Shown here in pieces: positions 63,584-64,000 of a DNA stretch of 64,000 bases. Each line of letters opens with the position of its first letter. Within the stretch, counting starts at the first letter, position 1. Origin of the DNA: Octopus sinensis (Eukaryota); the NCBI RefSeq assembly GCF_006345805.1, contig NC_043000.1, positions 91,388,001-91,452,000 of the forward strand, given 5' to 3'. The translations under genes were made by a program, and so were the position numbers. The notes beneath the pieces were generated by a model that made no database searches, was not told where the DNA came from, and saw only the letters and a program-made list of their open reading frames with translations.

Positions 63584-64000
63584 TATACATACATATATAG
63601 ATATAGATAACTACGCACGTTTGCTCGCATGCACACACACTCATCATACATATATACATAATTTTGAAAGTGGAGTGAAAATAGAAGCTACTGATTTTGA
63701 GAGGCAGAGTAGAACAACGATTATCCCTCCACCTCATCTAGGAAGAAATGTTATGTTAATCAAGAGTTAATCATGCTAATCGTAAAGTTTAAAAACAATT
63801 ACAATATGAATCACATCCTGACCACTCCTCCTCCTCCTCCTCCTCCTCCTTTCGAACCTGGCTGCTTTGTAATTGTCATTCATCCCAGTGTGTTTGAATC
63901 AACAATTAAACGTACCCTACATACCGCACATGAATGAAATAAACGCAACAGTAATTGTAGCATTAGCATAAGAGATAATACTTCCTTCCTTCTTTGTGCC

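Overview
Eukaryotic, very AT-rich, microsatellite-saturated genomic DNA with one 100-N assembly gap (49033-49132). The SINE families and repeat make-up look like an octopus (coleoid cephalopod) genome; this is my inference, not a database result. No host protein-coding gene can be supported. Almost all ORFs in the supplied track are translations of (AT)n, (AC)n, (ATAC)n, (AAT)n or (GAT)n tracts. The real coding remnants are transposon-derived: mariner and maT transposases, RTE-clade LINE 3' ends, and R4/Dong-clade LINE fragments with a restriction-like endonuclease (RLE), several of them sitting in (TAA)n arrays. Several tRNA-headed SINE families are present in many copies. The most unusual signal is a high density of type I hammerhead ribozyme (HHR) motifs of the kind known from Penelope-like elements (PLEs): roughly 20 complete, variant or decayed motifs, many in head-to-head fold-back inverted repeats. 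They include a pair with a swapped G3:C8 core (10546-10662), a fully canonical copy (59635-59716), an HHR in the tail of a tRNA-headed SINE-like element (about 24.1 kb), and a cluster of three related HHR fold-back cassettes at 55-60 kb. All folds were read by eye and none has been tested.
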